A stretch of 40,968 nt of DNA, taken from positions 1 to 40,968 of the forward strand of contig JBFMGU010000076.1 of the NCBI GenBank assembly GCA_040752415.1, given 5' to 3'. Within the stretch, counting starts at the first letter, position 1. Each line of letters opens with the position of its first letter. The notes beneath the pieces are model-generated. The model worked only from the letters and a program-made list of their open reading frames with translations. It was not told the origin of the DNA and searched no databases. Both the position numbers and the translations under genes were made by a program. This stretch comes from Myxococcota bacterium. Its GTDB lineage: Bacteria > Myxococcota > JACRCW01. Of this stretch, positions 19,622-29,802 are shown piece by piece.

Positions 19622-22239
19622 CCGAAGTCACCGCGACCAAAACACCACACCGTCCCGTTGACGTCGAGCGCGCAGGTGGAATCATCACCGCAGTCCACGT
19701 CGGTGACGGCGTCAGGGATCAACGCGGTGGCGGTGGGCTTGCCGTTGGGCGTGAAGGTCCCGTCGCCCAGCTGGCCCGCCCAGTTGGCGCCAAAGCAGTA
19801 CACCGCCCCGTCGACGAGCACGGCGCAGGTGTGGGCCAGCCCGGCGCACGCGGTGCGCACGTTGGCCAGCGCGCTCACCGCCGCCGGCGTGGCGCGACTG
19901 ACCCAGGTGTTGTCACCCAGCTGCCCGTCGTCGTTGCGTCCCCAGCACCAGAGCGTCCCGTCGTCACGCAGCACCGCGCACGCGTGGTAGGTCCCCACCA
20001 CCACCGCGGAGGCGGGCGGCACCGGGACCTGCGCGGGCGTTGCGTCCTTGGTCACGCCGGTCCGCGCCAGCTCCCCGTTCTCGTTGTTGCCCCAGCACCA
20101 CACGGAGTCGTCCGCCAGCAGCGCGCAGGTGAAGTTCTCACCGGCCTGGATGTCCTCCACCGTCGTGGGCAGCAGATCGGCGGGGATGGCCACCGGGCGC
20201 AGCGCGTTGGCGTAGCTCCCGGTTCCCAGCTGACCGTAGGTGCCCTGGCCCCAGCACCACGTCGTTGCGTCGTCGAGGATGGTGCACCCGTGGTCCTGAC
20301 CCAGGGTCACCGTGCGCGCCGCGCCAAGAGGACCGGTCTGTTGCGGGAGCGGCTGGTCGACGCGGTTGCCGATGCCCAGCTGTCCGTCGTTGTTGCGGCC
20401 CCAACACAACACTTCGCCATTGCCGGTGGCGCAGGTGCTCGACTCACCCGCGCTGATCACCACTGGCGTCCAGGGCAGTGTGACGCCGCCGGGCACGGAC
20501 CGCGCCACCTGCGTGCCATCTCCCAGCTGCCCGTGCATGTCCTGGCCCCAGCAGGACAGCGTCCCGTCGTCGAGAACCGCGCACGCGTGCTCGTCGCCGA
20601 TGTCCAGCGAGATGGCGGCGGCGGGAAGCGAAACAGCCAGCGGCACCGCGGCAACGCTGGTGTCACCGGTGCCAAGCTGGCCCTCACCGTTCCACCCGAA
20701 ACACTCGACGGAGCCCGGCAGGGTGACGGCGCAGGTGTGCCAGGACGCGGCGCCCACCCGTGCGTAGCCCGCACCCACCTCGACGGGAACCGGGCTCTCC
20801 TCCAGGCCCACGAGGCCGAGCTGCCCGTCGTAGGCATTGCCCCAGCACCACAGGCTGGCGTCCTCCCGCAACGCGCACGCGTGCCGTTTTCCCGACGACA
20901 GCGCGGCCACGTCGGTGAGTCCCACCACCGCCGTGGGCAGGGGGCCCTCCGAGCCCAGGTCATTGCCGAGTTGTCCGTACGTGTTGCGCCCCCAGCATTG
21001 CACGGTGTTGTCCGTCAGCCGCGCGCAGGTGTGGTGATGACCCGCGGATATCTCGACGGCCGACTCCGTCAGGTCCACCAGCGTCGGCGTCGCGGTCCCC
21101 GGGATGGCGGCTCCCAGCTGCCCGTAGCTGTTGCGACCCCAGCACCACACGGTGCCGTCGGAGCGCAGCGCGCAGCTGTGGGCGTCGCCGGCGGTCACCT
21201 GGACAACCTGGTCCACGTCTTCCACGCGCATGGGATCCACCACCTCGGGGTCGACCGTCACCCGCCCCACCTCGCCGTCCTCGTTCCAGCCCCAGCACCA
21301 CGCCTCGCCGACGAGCGTCACCGCGCAGATGTGGCCAACCCCCACCGCCACGCCACGCACCTCGGTGAGCGGGGCCACCGGCACGGGGACATTGCGTTGC
21401 ACCTCGTCGCCCACGCCGTTCTGCCCGTGGTCATTGTCACCCCAGCACCACAGCTTGTCGTCGGTGGTGAGTGCGCAGGTGTTGTTTCCACCGGCGCGCA
21501 GCTCCCGGATACCGCCCAGGTCCTGCACCGCCACGGGCGTGGTGCGGTTGTCCCAGGTGCCATCCCCCAGCTGGCCCACGTCATTGATGCCCCAGCAGAA
21601 GACGTTTCCCAGGGAGGACAGCGCGCAGGTGTGGGCCTCACCGCCCGCCACGTCGACGAAGCACGGCGTCACGCCCGCGTCTCCCGGACCGGCGTCGGAG
21701 CCCGCGTCGGGAGCACCACCGTCGACGGAACCGGCGTCGCCACTGCCGGCGTCCCACGCCGCGCCACCCGCGTCCGTGCCCGCGTCGAGCACCACGGAAG
21801 CGTCGGTGGCGAATCCCGCGTCGGCACCACCCGAAGAGGTGCTCGAGGTGGACACGGACGACGTCGACGTGGTCGCCACCGCGCTCGAGGAGCTGCCGCT
21901 GGAGCTGGAGGACAAGCTGCCCGTCCCTCCCGACGATGACGACGAAGAAGAAGAGGAGGACGAAGAGGACGAAGACGATACCGCCGAGGAGCCTGCCGAC
22001 GACGAGGAGGCCACCACCTCGCGGGGGACGCACACGCCGTCACCGCATTGCTCCGAGCCCAGGCAGTCTTCCTGGGAGTTGCACGGACGGACGCATTGCC
22101 CGTTGCGCTGGACCTCTCCCGAGCCGCAGGTGTCGCAGGCGCTGGTCCCGGCCACGACGGAAATCAGGGTGAAGACGATCCCCGCCGCGGCAAGACTGCG
22201 CGACCGGGTGAGCGTCAGGATTGAACGCGGCCCCCACAT
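19558..22239 (-). CDS. RCC1-repeat (BLIP-II/ATS1-like) beta-propeller exported protein or lipoprotein
   Basis: 14 H.CA......xC(W/F)G.N..GQLG repeats, enough for two 7-bladed propellers; N-terminal hydrophobic segment, Cys-rich module, poly-Ser and DAG-repeat linker. Confidence 0.92.
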   Translation of the reverse strand: MWGPRSILTLTRSRSLAAAGIVFTLISVVAGTSACDTCGSGEVQRNGQCVRPCNSQEDCLGSEQCGDGVCVPREVVASSSSAGSSAVSSSSSSSSSSSSSSSSGGTGSLSSSSSGSSSSAVATTSTSSVSTSSTSSGGADAGFATDASVVLDAGTDAGGAAWDAGSGDAGSVDGGAPDAGSDAGPGDAGVTPCFVDVAGGEAHTCALSSLGNVFCWGINDVGQLGDGTWDNRTTPVAVQDLGGIRELRAGGNNTCALTTDDKLWCWGDNDHGQNGVGDEVQRNVPVPVAPLTEVRGVAVGVGHICAVTLVGEAWCWGWNEDGEVGRVTVDPEVVDPMRVEDVDQVVQVTAGDAHSCALRSDGTVWCWGRNSYGQLGAAIPGTATPTLVDLTESAVEISAGHHHTCARLTDNTVQCWGRNTYGQLGNDLGSEGPLPTAVVGLTDVAALSSGKRHACALREDASLWCWGNAYDGQLGLVGLEESPVPVEVGAGYARVGAASWHTCAVTLPGSVECFGWNGEGQLGTGDTSVAAVPLAVSLPAAAISLDIGDEHACAVLDDGTLSCWGQDMHGQLGDGTQVARSVPGGVTLPWTPVVISAGESSTCATGNGEVLCWGRNNDGQLGIGNRVDQPLPQQTGPLGAARTVTLGQDHGCTILDDATTWCWGQGTYGQLGTGSYANALRPVAIPADLLPTTVEDIQAGENFTCALLADDSVWCWGNNENGELARTGVTKDATPAQVPVPPASAVVVGTYHACAVLRDDGTLWCWGRNDDGQLGDNTWVSRATPAAVSALANVRTACAGLAHTCAVLVDGAVYCFGANWAGQLGDGTFTPNGKPTATALIPDAVTDVDCGDDSTCALDVNGTVWCFGRGDFGQLGNGLPVAGTHRAPLLTCP

Positions 22240-22352
22240 CTGGCGCGCAGAATCACATCACGGGTTCGTGGGATTTGTCACCACGCGCTTTCGGCACACC
22301 GGCTCCCCTGCGCGCGCATTCTCCTACACCGTGCTTTGACAGACGCGCGGAG

Positions 22353-22565
22353 TCAGTGCCCCACCAGGGGAGTCTCTTCGTCGCCCACGTCGACGCGCGC
22401 GCGTTCGCGGAGCACCTGCACCACCAGCCGTCGCACGTCGGAGGCACGGACCTTCAGCTGCACCGGCTGCCCGCAGCTGCCACAGAAGAACTGGATGAAC
22501 TGCGCGTCCTTCTCCACACCACAGGCGCGACAGAATGCCACCACGTCGAGAAACGCTTCCTTCAT
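22353..22565 (-). CDS. Small zinc-ribbon protein
   Basis: FCRACG...FCGSCGQPV; AAGGA RBS upstream of ATG 22565; 70 aa. Confidence 0.6.
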   Translation of the reverse strand: MKEAFLDVVAFCRACGVEKDAQFIQFFCGSCGQPVQLKVRASDVRRLVVQVLRERARVDVGDEETPLVGH

Positions 22566-22698
22566 GGGCCACATCCTTTCGCCGGGAGTGACCCATTCTT
22601 ACGCCAGGGCGTTGCCGCTTCCGCAGGACCCGCCGCGCAACCACCACGCAATTCGACGCAGTGTCAGGCCGCAGGTAAGTGTCGTCGAAAAACCGGCT

Positions 22699-23562
22699 TC
22701 ACTGCGCCGCGGGTTTGCCATCCGCGCACAGCTGCCGCGTCTGCTCGTCCCAGTCCTCCATGTTGGAGAGCATGACTTCCAGCACCACTTCGTCGTCGTT
22801 GGTGAGGGAGCCCATCTTGACCTGGCGCCAGTCACCCCAGAGGTGGATCACCTTGCCGGGCGCGCGCTCGTAGTAGACCTCCACCTGCCAGTCCTGGTCC
22901 ATGGCGCGCGTGTCGTCGTCAAAATCCGCGGGCTCACGCAGGAAGCTGCGGGTGAACAGGATGGGACCGATGGCCGCGCTGCCTTCCGCCGCCGGGATGA
23001 GCCGGTTCCCGCCCGCGTATTTCATGCGGTAGGCGGACTGCAGCAGCGTGCCCGTGGTGGCCAGGTTCCAGGAGACCAGCGGGGAGCGGCGCGCCAGGTA
23101 GTCGTCCTTGCTCTGCAGGTAGGTGCGCTCGTAGCTGTCGTAGACGCCCGGGTAGAGCTCGATCTGGTTGTCATAGGTGGTGATGCGGTCCAGGTGCTCC
23201 ACGGTGCAGTCCAGGGCGTCGACGAGCAGCAGGCCGGTGGCCGGGCCCGGATCGCGGTTGGACATGTTCACGGTGTTGAGGTCGGAGCTGGTCAGGTCAT
23301 CCAGCGTGCCGGAGACGTTGCGGGTGAGGTTGTCGCCGTCAAAGAGCCGGTGCAGCCGGGTGATGGCCTCGTGCAGCTGGGCGTCGGTGGCGCCGTCGTA
23401 GTTGGCCCACAGCCAGCGCATCAGCGCGTTCTGCTCGTCGGGGATGGGGTCGGTGGAGACACAGCCCTCGGCGCCGGGAAGGTCGCAGCGGGCGGTGCCA
23501 AGGACGGGAGCGAACGCATCACAGGCCACGAGGGGAACGCAGAGCAGGAGCAGGCCACGCAT
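22699..23562 (-). CDS. Hypothetical lipoprotein
   Basis: MRGLLLLCVPLVAC lipobox; strong GC3 bias. Confidence 0.8.
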   Translation of the reverse strand: MRGLLLLCVPLVACDAFAPVLGTARCDLPGAEGCVSTDPIPDEQNALMRWLWANYDGATDAQLHEAITRLHRLFDGDNLTRNVSGTLDDLTSSDLNTVNMSNRDPGPATGLLLVDALDCTVEHLDRITTYDNQIELYPGVYDSYERTYLQSKDDYLARRSPLVSWNLATTGTLLQSAYRMKYAGGNRLIPAAEGSAAIGPILFTRSFLREPADFDDDTRAMDQDWQVEVYYERAPGKVIHLWGDWRQVKMGSLTNDDEVVLEVMLSNMEDWDEQTRQLCADGKPAAQ

Positions 23563-23708
23563 GGCCGGGAACGCTACCGCACGCCGTCACGAGCCACCAG
23601 CACGCACCCGGTCCGCCAGCTCGCGTCCTCGTTCTCGTCGTGGGCCACGGGCGTGGCGTGCTGCCGTCCCGCCCAGCGGTTAACTCGTCCACGAGGGGCA
23701 GCGCGACC

Positions 23709-24218
23709 ATGACGACGACAAACTTCGACCTGGATGGATTCCTCTCGGCCTTTGGGACCAAGGACGTTGACGCGGTCCTGGACTTCCTCACCGACGACGT
23801 GGTGGTGATCGACGCCGGCAGTGGCGAGGAGCTGGAGGGCCGGGAGCAGGTGCGGCAGTTGCTGCGGGAGATGAAGGAGGCGGTGCGCACCGTCGTGATC
23901 GAGCCGGAGCTGGTGTTGCACGGTCACGCGGCGCTGGCGGTGCTGGCTCGGGTGCACCTGGTTCGCGGTCGGGACATGGCCATCCCGGAAGGCAGCAGCG
24001 TCCCGGTGGGGGGACGCACGGTCGACCTGACCGGAGCGTTCTTCGCCACGCTCGACGAGCAGGGACACATCACGCGCCTCACCCGCGTGGCCGACCGTCG
24101 GATGGCGCTGCGCGAGCTGGGACTTTCGCGCGGCCAGAAGGCGGGGGCGTCCGTGGAGCTGCTGGAGTTCATCCGCCCCGACGTGCATGGGCCGGGCCCC
24201 ACCGCGACGTACCCCTGA
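23709..24218 (+). CDS. NTF2/SnoaL-like domain protein
   Basis: FLSAFGTKDVDAVLDFLTDDVVVID.G.GEELEGREQVR...GRTV...G.F..TLDEQGHIT; GAGGGG RBS. Confidence 0.8.
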   Translation: MTTTNFDLDGFLSAFGTKDVDAVLDFLTDDVVVIDAGSGEELEGREQVRQLLREMKEAVRTVVIEPELVLHGHAALAVLARVHLVRGRDMAIPEGSSVPVGGRTVDLTGAFFATLDEQGHITRLTRVADRRMALRELGLSRGQKAGASVELLEFIRPDVHGPGPTATYP

Positions 24219-24298
24219 TCGGATCGGCCCAGCGGATGCACCAGGGCGTGAAGGGCATCACCGCCCTCGATGGACCCACGGTTGCGGCCGGGGCCATG

Positions 24299-24333
24299 TT
24301 GAGTTTTCAAAGGTACAATCTTAGATTTCTCAC
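24299..24333 (+). promoter_or_regulatory. Sigma70-type promoter of a probably leaderless transcript, with short palindromes over both boxes
   Basis: TTGAGT-17 nt-TAGATT-6 nt-ATG(24334); TTGA-gttt-TCAA and AATCT-t-AGATT palindromes; no SD. Confidence 0.7.
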
Positions 24334-25497
24334 ATGACGTTCGTGCCCAGGGCCATTGAGCCCGTGGTTCGGCGGGCGGCGCGAAGCTTCCCGGCGGTAC
24401 TGCTGACGGGGCCGCGGCGGTCCGGCAAGACCACGCTGCTCCGCCGGCTGTTCCCACACGCCGGGTATTGCCTCCTCGAGGATCCGGACACGGTGGCGAG
24501 GGTTCGGGCGGACCCGCGCTCGTTCCTGGAGGAGCTTCCGCAACCGGTCATCCTGGATGAAATCCAGAATGCCCCCGAGCTGCTGAACCACGTCCGCAGC
24601 AGGATCGACCGTGCCCCAACCCGCAAGGGGCGCTGGTTGATCACCGGCTCGCAGGAGGCCCCCTTGATGCAAGGGGTCACCGAGTCCATGGCCGGGCGCG
24701 CCGCCATCCTCCAGTTGCTGCCGTTCTCGGTGCTGGAGTCACCCAAGGTGACGCTGCTCAAGGGCGGCTTTCCTGAAGTGCTGGCGCGCCCCGCATCACG
24801 GGACCTCTGGTTCCGGTCGTATGTCCAGACGTATCTCGAGCGGGATGTGCGAGCAGTCTCTTCCATCCGGGATCTGGCGACGTTCCGCCGGTTCCTCTCC
24901 CTGGTGGCCAGCCGCTTCGGCCAGGTGCTCAACAAGTCCGACATCGCGGCTCCCCTGGGCGTGTCGGTGCCCACCGTGACGGAGTGGTTGGGCATCCTCG
25001 AGGTGACCGGTCAGATCCTGCTGATTCCGCCGTTCCACGAGAACCTGGGCAAGCGCCTCATCAAGTCTCCCAAGCTCTACCCGGTGGATTCCGGTCTGGC
25101 CTGCCACCTGCTCGGGATCGAGGACGAGAAGCAATTGAAGAGATCGACGTTTCTCGGTGCGCTCTTCGAGGGCTGGGTGGCGTCGGAGATCATCAAGTCC
25201 CAGGTCAACTCCGGGCGCCGTCGGGAGCTTTACTTCTTCCGTGACCAGCAGGGACTGGAGGTTGATTTCATGGCCCCCCTCCCCGGCGGAAGGATTGCGC
25301 TGATGGAAGCCAAGGCAGGCGCAACCATCCGCCCCGAGGACGCAGAACCCATACGACGCCTCTCGCTCGCCTTGGGCAAGAGGGAGTGGCGGGGCTTTGT
25401 GGTGCACCAGCCTGTGGGGCAACCGGACACCTCGGCGGTGCAGCCGGGCGTGAAAGGCATCTCGCTGCCTGCATTGGTGGGGGAGATGTGGCGCTGA
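24334..25497 (+). CDS. AAA_14 ATPase with C-terminal DUF4143 (PD-(D/E)XK-like) domain
   Basis: GPRRSGKTT, ILDEIQ, LITGS, ESMAGR, GGFPE, YLERDVR, KSPKLY..DSGL, LFEGWV..E, EVDF...MEAK. Confidence 0.92.
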   Translation: MTFVPRAIEPVVRRAARSFPAVLLTGPRRSGKTTLLRRLFPHAGYCLLEDPDTVARVRADPRSFLEELPQPVILDEIQNAPELLNHVRSRIDRAPTRKGRWLITGSQEAPLMQGVTESMAGRAAILQLLPFSVLESPKVTLLKGGFPEVLARPASRDLWFRSYVQTYLERDVRAVSSIRDLATFRRFLSLVASRFGQVLNKSDIAAPLGVSVPTVTEWLGILEVTGQILLIPPFHENLGKRLIKSPKLYPVDSGLACHLLGIEDEKQLKRSTFLGALFEGWVASEIIKSQVNSGRRRELYFFRDQQGLEVDFMAPLPGGRIALMEAKAGATIRPEDAEPIRRLSLALGKREWRGFVVHQPVGQPDTSAVQPGVKGISLPALVGEMWR

Positions 25498-25560
25498 CGG
25501 TTGGTGAAGTGGACCCCGTGTTTCGGACCCCCACTGCGACGCACCCCGTGGTGCGCGGGG

Positions 25561-27450
25561 TCAGCGCCCCGCCAGCGTGGAGTGCAGACGCGTGAGCGCC
25601 TGGGACAGCGCGGCCTCGTCGACGGGCGCGCCACGGAAGCGGGAGGCGCGGTAGTGCCCGATGAACTGCGTGGCAGCCTCCGCGGCGGCGACGCCATGCA
25701 GGGTGCGCACGCGGGCAATGAGCTCGTCGTCGGTCTCGGCGTGGCGACGCGTCAGCCCCGCCTTGGAGAGCGCGCGCGTGTAACGCTGGTAGGCGCGACG
25801 GAGCACGGGGTCCTGCGTGTCCATCGCCTGACCGGGTCGGAACACCGGCGCGGCGCTCCGTCGTCTGCGCAGCCACCACACCGCACCCACCACCATCAGC
25901 ACGGGCACGGGCGGGAAGGAGATGAGCTCACGCAGGAAGTCCAGCGGTGCGTTGCGGATGAACAGCGCCAGGCGCGTGACGGCGGAGCGGATGGCGTTGA
26001 TGGCGGCGCCGAAGATGGAAGCACCCTCCTTGATGCCCAGCACGTCGGCGCGGCCCTGTCCCGGCGTGGGATCAAACGCCACGAATCTTCCGTGCTCCGC
26101 GTCCCAGACCTCCACCCAGGCGTGCGCGTCGCGTTGGCGCACCATGGAGCGGCCGGTGATGCGGTTCTGCTCCGAGGGGAGGAACCCGCCCACCACGCGC
26201 GCCGGCACGTCCACCACGCGCAACAACGAGGCCATGGCGGAGGCGAAGTAGATGCAATACGCGGGGCGACGCTCACGCAGCATGACGACGAGAGGATGTG
26301 CGTCTCCCCGCAGGTCCGTGCTGAGCGAGTACTCGAAGTGCTGATGGAAGAATTGCTCCATGGCGCGCGCCTTCTCCAGTGGCGTCGTCAGCGAGGCGAA
26401 GGGCGCGGCGTAGGGCAGCAGCGCGGCGCGAAGCTCGTCGGGAAGGGCCAGGAGCTCGTGGTGGTCACCTTGCTCGGGCAGCGCCGTCTCACCGCGGGAG
26501 GTCCGCAGCGTCACGGGCTTGCCCACCGTCATCTGGCCCCGGAACACCCAGCCGCCCTCCACGCGCGTGTCCACGCCCTCCACCACGGAAGTGCCGCTGG
26601 GAGCGGGCACGTGCGCTCCCAGGTCCTCCAAGGCCACCAGCTCGACAACGTGGTCCCCAGCTCCCGTCGGGGGCGCGGTCATCTCGCGGGACTGCAGGGT
26701 GCGCGAGGCCTTCCAGGTGGTGCCGTCAAAGCTGTCCAGCACCACGGTGCGCAGCCGCTCCGGGGTTCCCGCCACGTCGAGGAGGGGCCGCGCGGTGGGC
26801 TCCACGGAGGCGCGCGAGGTGAGCGAGATGGTGGGCTCGAAGCCCAGGCCGGTGGGCGCGCCCAGCTCGGAGATGAGCCCGTAGGCCATGCGCGCCAGCG
26901 CACCCTCGTTCTCCTCGATGACCCAGGACAGGCCCAGCGACGCAGGCGCCACCATGGTCACGAACACCCCGAACCCCACGACGCCACCCGGGCCCGCGCG
27001 CCACAGTCGCATCTGCGCAAAGATGCACGTCAGCGTGACCGCGGCCAGCAGCGCCACCGCGCCTTCCAGCACCGCCGTGCGCGGCACGGTCAACGACAAC
27101 ACCGCCAGCAGCCATCCGTACACCCACGCGTACATGGTGCTGCCGCTCAGCGTGCAATACACCGCCAGCCCGACGAGACCGGTGCACAACAGCGAGAGCA
27201 GGGGACCAGGGAACGGCCCGCTGGGCGGCTCATTGACGAGGAGCAGCAGCAGTCCCAGCACCATCCCCGCGCCGCCCCATGCCAGCAGGTGGGACCGCTT
27301 GTGCGTCCACACGCGACGACGCGCCGCGAAGAACAACAGCGTCAGGCCCACCGGAAACGAGAGCACGAAGCGGTCATGCGCCACCCCGTGCACGAAGAGC
27401 GCGGCAAGGAGCGGCAACGCGGCCAGCAGGGGAGGCAGGACAGGGCTCAT
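25561..27450 (-). CDS. Multi-pass membrane transglutaminase-like protein (TgpA-type)
   Basis: About 6 N-terminal TMs; [13 protein letters not shown]...VPARVVGGF...DAHAWVEVW...FVAFDPTP catalytic Cys-His-Asp; ATGA overlap. Confidence 0.9.
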   Translation of the reverse strand: MSPVLPPLLAALPLLAALFVHGVAHDRFVLSFPVGLTLLFFAARRRVWTHKRSHLLAWGGAGMVLGLLLLLVNEPPSGPFPGPLLSLLCTGLVGLAVYCTLSGSTMYAWVYGWLLAVLSLTVPRTAVLEGAVALLAAVTLTCIFAQMRLWRAGPGGVVGFGVFVTMVAPASLGLSWVIEENEGALARMAYGLISELGAPTGLGFEPTISLTSRASVEPTARPLLDVAGTPERLRTVVLDSFDGTTWKASRTLQSREMTAPPTGAGDHVVELVALEDLGAHVPAPSGTSVVEGVDTRVEGGWVFRGQMTVGKPVTLRTSRGETALPEQGDHHELLALPDELRAALLPYAAPFASLTTPLEKARAMEQFFHQHFEYSLSTDLRGDAHPLVVMLRERRPAYCIYFASAMASLLRVVDVPARVVGGFLPSEQNRITGRSMVRQRDAHAWVEVWDAEHGRFVAFDPTPGQGRADVLGIKEGASIFGAAINAIRSAVTRLALFIRNAPLDFLRELISFPPVPVLMVVGAVWWLRRRRSAAPVFRPGQAMDTQDPVLRRAYQRYTRALSKAGLTRRHAETDDELIARVRTLHGVAAAEAATQFIGHYRASRFRGAPVDEAALSQALTRLHSTLAGR

Positions 27451-28652
27451 TGCAACGGCACCACCTCCTCGGGGCTGAGACCGTCGGGGACGCGCTTCTC
27501 GTTCATGCACAACACGCGCACCGCCACACCATGCTGCTTGAGGAGCTGCACCAGGTCCGCGCGAGAGGGATCCCAGTCCATCATGACGAAGATGATGGCG
27601 CTCAGCTTGGACGCCTCGGGAACCAGCACGGATTCCAGCTTGCGCACGTCGAGGCGTCGGCCCGGCTCCACGCAGGCCAGGATCTCCAGGATGTTCTCGA
27701 AGTGCGCCAGCGCGCGTCCCGCCTGGAAGTGGAAGATGTCCTGGCCCGCGGCGAACAGGTCGATGATGTACTCCTTGCGCGCCAGCACATCCGCAATGCC
27801 CGCCGCCAAGGAGAGCCCGCGCTCGAACAGCCTCTCCTGCTTGGCGTTCTTCACCTCCACGTCGAGCACCATGGCCAGCCGGACGAAGTACTCCTCCTGG
27901 AACTCCTTGATGATGAGCTCGCCCGTACGCGCGTACGAGGGCCAGTGGATGTCGCGCACGCGGTCACCCTCACGCCATTCCCGCGTGCCGGAGAACTCGG
28001 TGGACTCACCAATCTGGCTGGCCACGGCAATACCGCCGGGCTGGTAGTTGCGGCCGTGCGGCACCTCGAACGACTCCAGCGGCGTGAAACGCGGGTAGAC
28101 CAGCAGCCGGTCCGCCGACGGAGAACGACGCGTCCACTTCACCAGCCCCGTGGGAAAACAGCTTCCCGCCTGAAGCCCACGCAGCTCATACGCACCACGC
28201 GCGGAGCAACTCAGCTTCAACGTCACGCGGGTCTGCTCACCCGGCTCCAGCAACTCCACCAGCGGCGGCTCGCCCACGGGCCGGATCTCCGGCGGCAGCT
28301 TGCGCTCCTCCACCACCACGTGGCGCAGTGGTCGTCTCCCGTCGTTGCGCACGGTGACCTGGTAGGTGAGCACGTCGCCGGCGCTGGCGGGTGGCGGGAG
28401 GTGGCGCTGCAGGTTGACCCGTGGCCGGAACGGCGCTCCGACGAGAAAAGCGCACACGAGGGCGCTGGCGCAGAAGGCAAAGGCCAGCATGAGCGGCGGT
28501 TGCAGTCCGCCCAGCAGGAGGATGCCCGCGGCCACGCTGCCCCAGAGCAACACGCGCCCGCCCACGGTGAGCTGACCGCGATAGGAATCCTCGAGCTCCC
28601 GGATGGACCGGTGCTCCAGCGGCGACATGAAGAACGACCAGCGTCGCGCCAC
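27447..28652 (-). CDS. DUF58 domain protein
   Basis: [36 protein letters not shown]; lies between moxR and the transglutaminase. Confidence 0.9.
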   Translation of the reverse strand: MARRWSFFMSPLEHRSIRELEDSYRGQLTVGGRVLLWGSVAAGILLLGGLQPPLMLAFAFCASALVCAFLVGAPFRPRVNLQRHLPPPASAGDVLTYQVTVRNDGRRPLRHVVVEERKLPPEIRPVGEPPLVELLEPGEQTRVTLKLSCSARGAYELRGLQAGSCFPTGLVKWTRRSPSADRLLVYPRFTPLESFEVPHGRNYQPGGIAVASQIGESTEFSGTREWREGDRVRDIHWPSYARTGELIIKEFQEEYFVRLAMVLDVEVKNAKQERLFERGLSLAAGIADVLARKEYIIDLFAAGQDIFHFQAGRALAHFENILEILACVEPGRRLDVRKLESVLVPEASKLSAIIFVMMDWDPSRADLVQLLKQHGVAVRVLCMNEKRVPDGLSPEEVVPLQ

Positions 28653-28664
28653 GGTTTCTCCTCG

Positions 28665-29648
28665 TCAGCGCGGCACGGGCACGCTGCCCAGGATGTCAAC
28701 GATGAGCTGCTTGCGGTCCGCGCCGGAGTAACGCGCACGCGTGTCCAGGACGAGCCGGTGCGCGAGCACACTCACCGCCAGGGCCTTGAGATCCTCGGGG
28801 AGCACGTAGTCACGGCCATGGAACAGCGCGCGGGCCCGACAGATGCGCGCGTACAGCAGCGCCCCGCGCATGCTCACGCCCAGGCGGATGGAGGGGTGGT
28901 TGCGGGTGGCGTGCACCACGCGGAAGAGATGGTCGGAGACGGAGTCCTCCATGATGACGTCGTCGACCGCGCGCTGCAGCGCCACCAGCTCCTCCGCGCT
29001 GGCCACCGCCTTGAGGTCCTGCAGCGGGTGACCACGCGCGTGACTGGAGAGGATGCGTCGCTCCTCGCTCTCCGGCGGGTAGCCCAGGGTGAGCTGCACC
29101 GCGAAACGGTCGAGCTGCGCCTCGGGGAGCGGGTAGGTGCCGTGGAACTCGACGGGGTTCTGCGTGGCGATGCACAGGAAGGGCGGGCTCAGCGGATGTG
29201 TCTGTCCGTCGACGGTGACCTGCCCCTCGCTCAGCGCCTCCAAAAGCGCGCTCTGGGTACGCGGGCTGGCGCGGTTGATCTCGTCCGCAATGAGCACGTT
29301 GGCGAAGATGGGACCGGGCTTGAAGGTGAAGCTGCCGTCCTGGGGACGGAAGATGGACGCGCCCAGGATGTCCGTGGGCAGCAGGTCCGGCGTGAACTGC
29401 ACGCGCTTGAACACGCACCCCGTGCTCTGCGCCAGCGACTTGGCCAGCGTGGTCTTCCCCGTGCCCGGGATGTCCTCCAGCAGCACGTGCCCGCCGCTGG
29501 CCACGCAGCACAGCAGCAGCTCGAGCGTGTCGCGTTTGCCGCGGATCACCGTCTCCAGGTTGTCCACGAGCTTGAGCATGAGGGCCTGGGCGTTCTTCGC
29601 CACGTCGGCGGTGCGCGCATCCGCGCGGGGCAGGGTGAGGGCGGACAT
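28665..29648 (-). CDS. moxR: MoxR-family AAA+ ATPase
   Basis: HVLLEDIPGTGKT, RVQFTPDLLPTDI, ADEINRASPRTQSALLE, ATQNPVE..GTYPLPEAQLDRF. Confidence 0.95.
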   Translation of the reverse strand: MSALTLPRADARTADVAKNAQALMLKLVDNLETVIRGKRDTLELLLCCVASGGHVLLEDIPGTGKTTLAKSLAQSTGCVFKRVQFTPDLLPTDILGASIFRPQDGSFTFKPGPIFANVLIADEINRASPRTQSALLEALSEGQVTVDGQTHPLSPPFLCIATQNPVEFHGTYPLPEAQLDRFAVQLTLGYPPESEERRILSSHARGHPLQDLKAVASAEELVALQRAVDDVIMEDSVSDHLFRVVHATRNHPSIRLGVSMRGALLYARICRARALFHGRDYVLPEDLKALAVSVLAHRLVLDTRARYSGADRKQLIVDILGSVPVPR

Positions 29649-29802
29649 GGACCAGGGACCATAGCAAACGTCTGGGCGTGGACCGGGGCTCTGGCTTGAC
29701 ACGCTGCGTGCCGATTCGCATGTTGATCACACCGCGCGAGGCATTGGGCCCGCGCGAGCAATCCCCGCTGGGAGCGCATCGCCCTGGCGAGTTGGAGGAA
29801 AC

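Noticed and set aside
21131..22339. Plus-strand ORF with a long acidic D/E run
   Set aside because: Antisense shadow of the poly-Ser linker of the RCC1 gene
25561..29648. MoxR-DUF58-transglutaminase as a novel system
   Set aside because: A well-known, widespread three-gene arrangement
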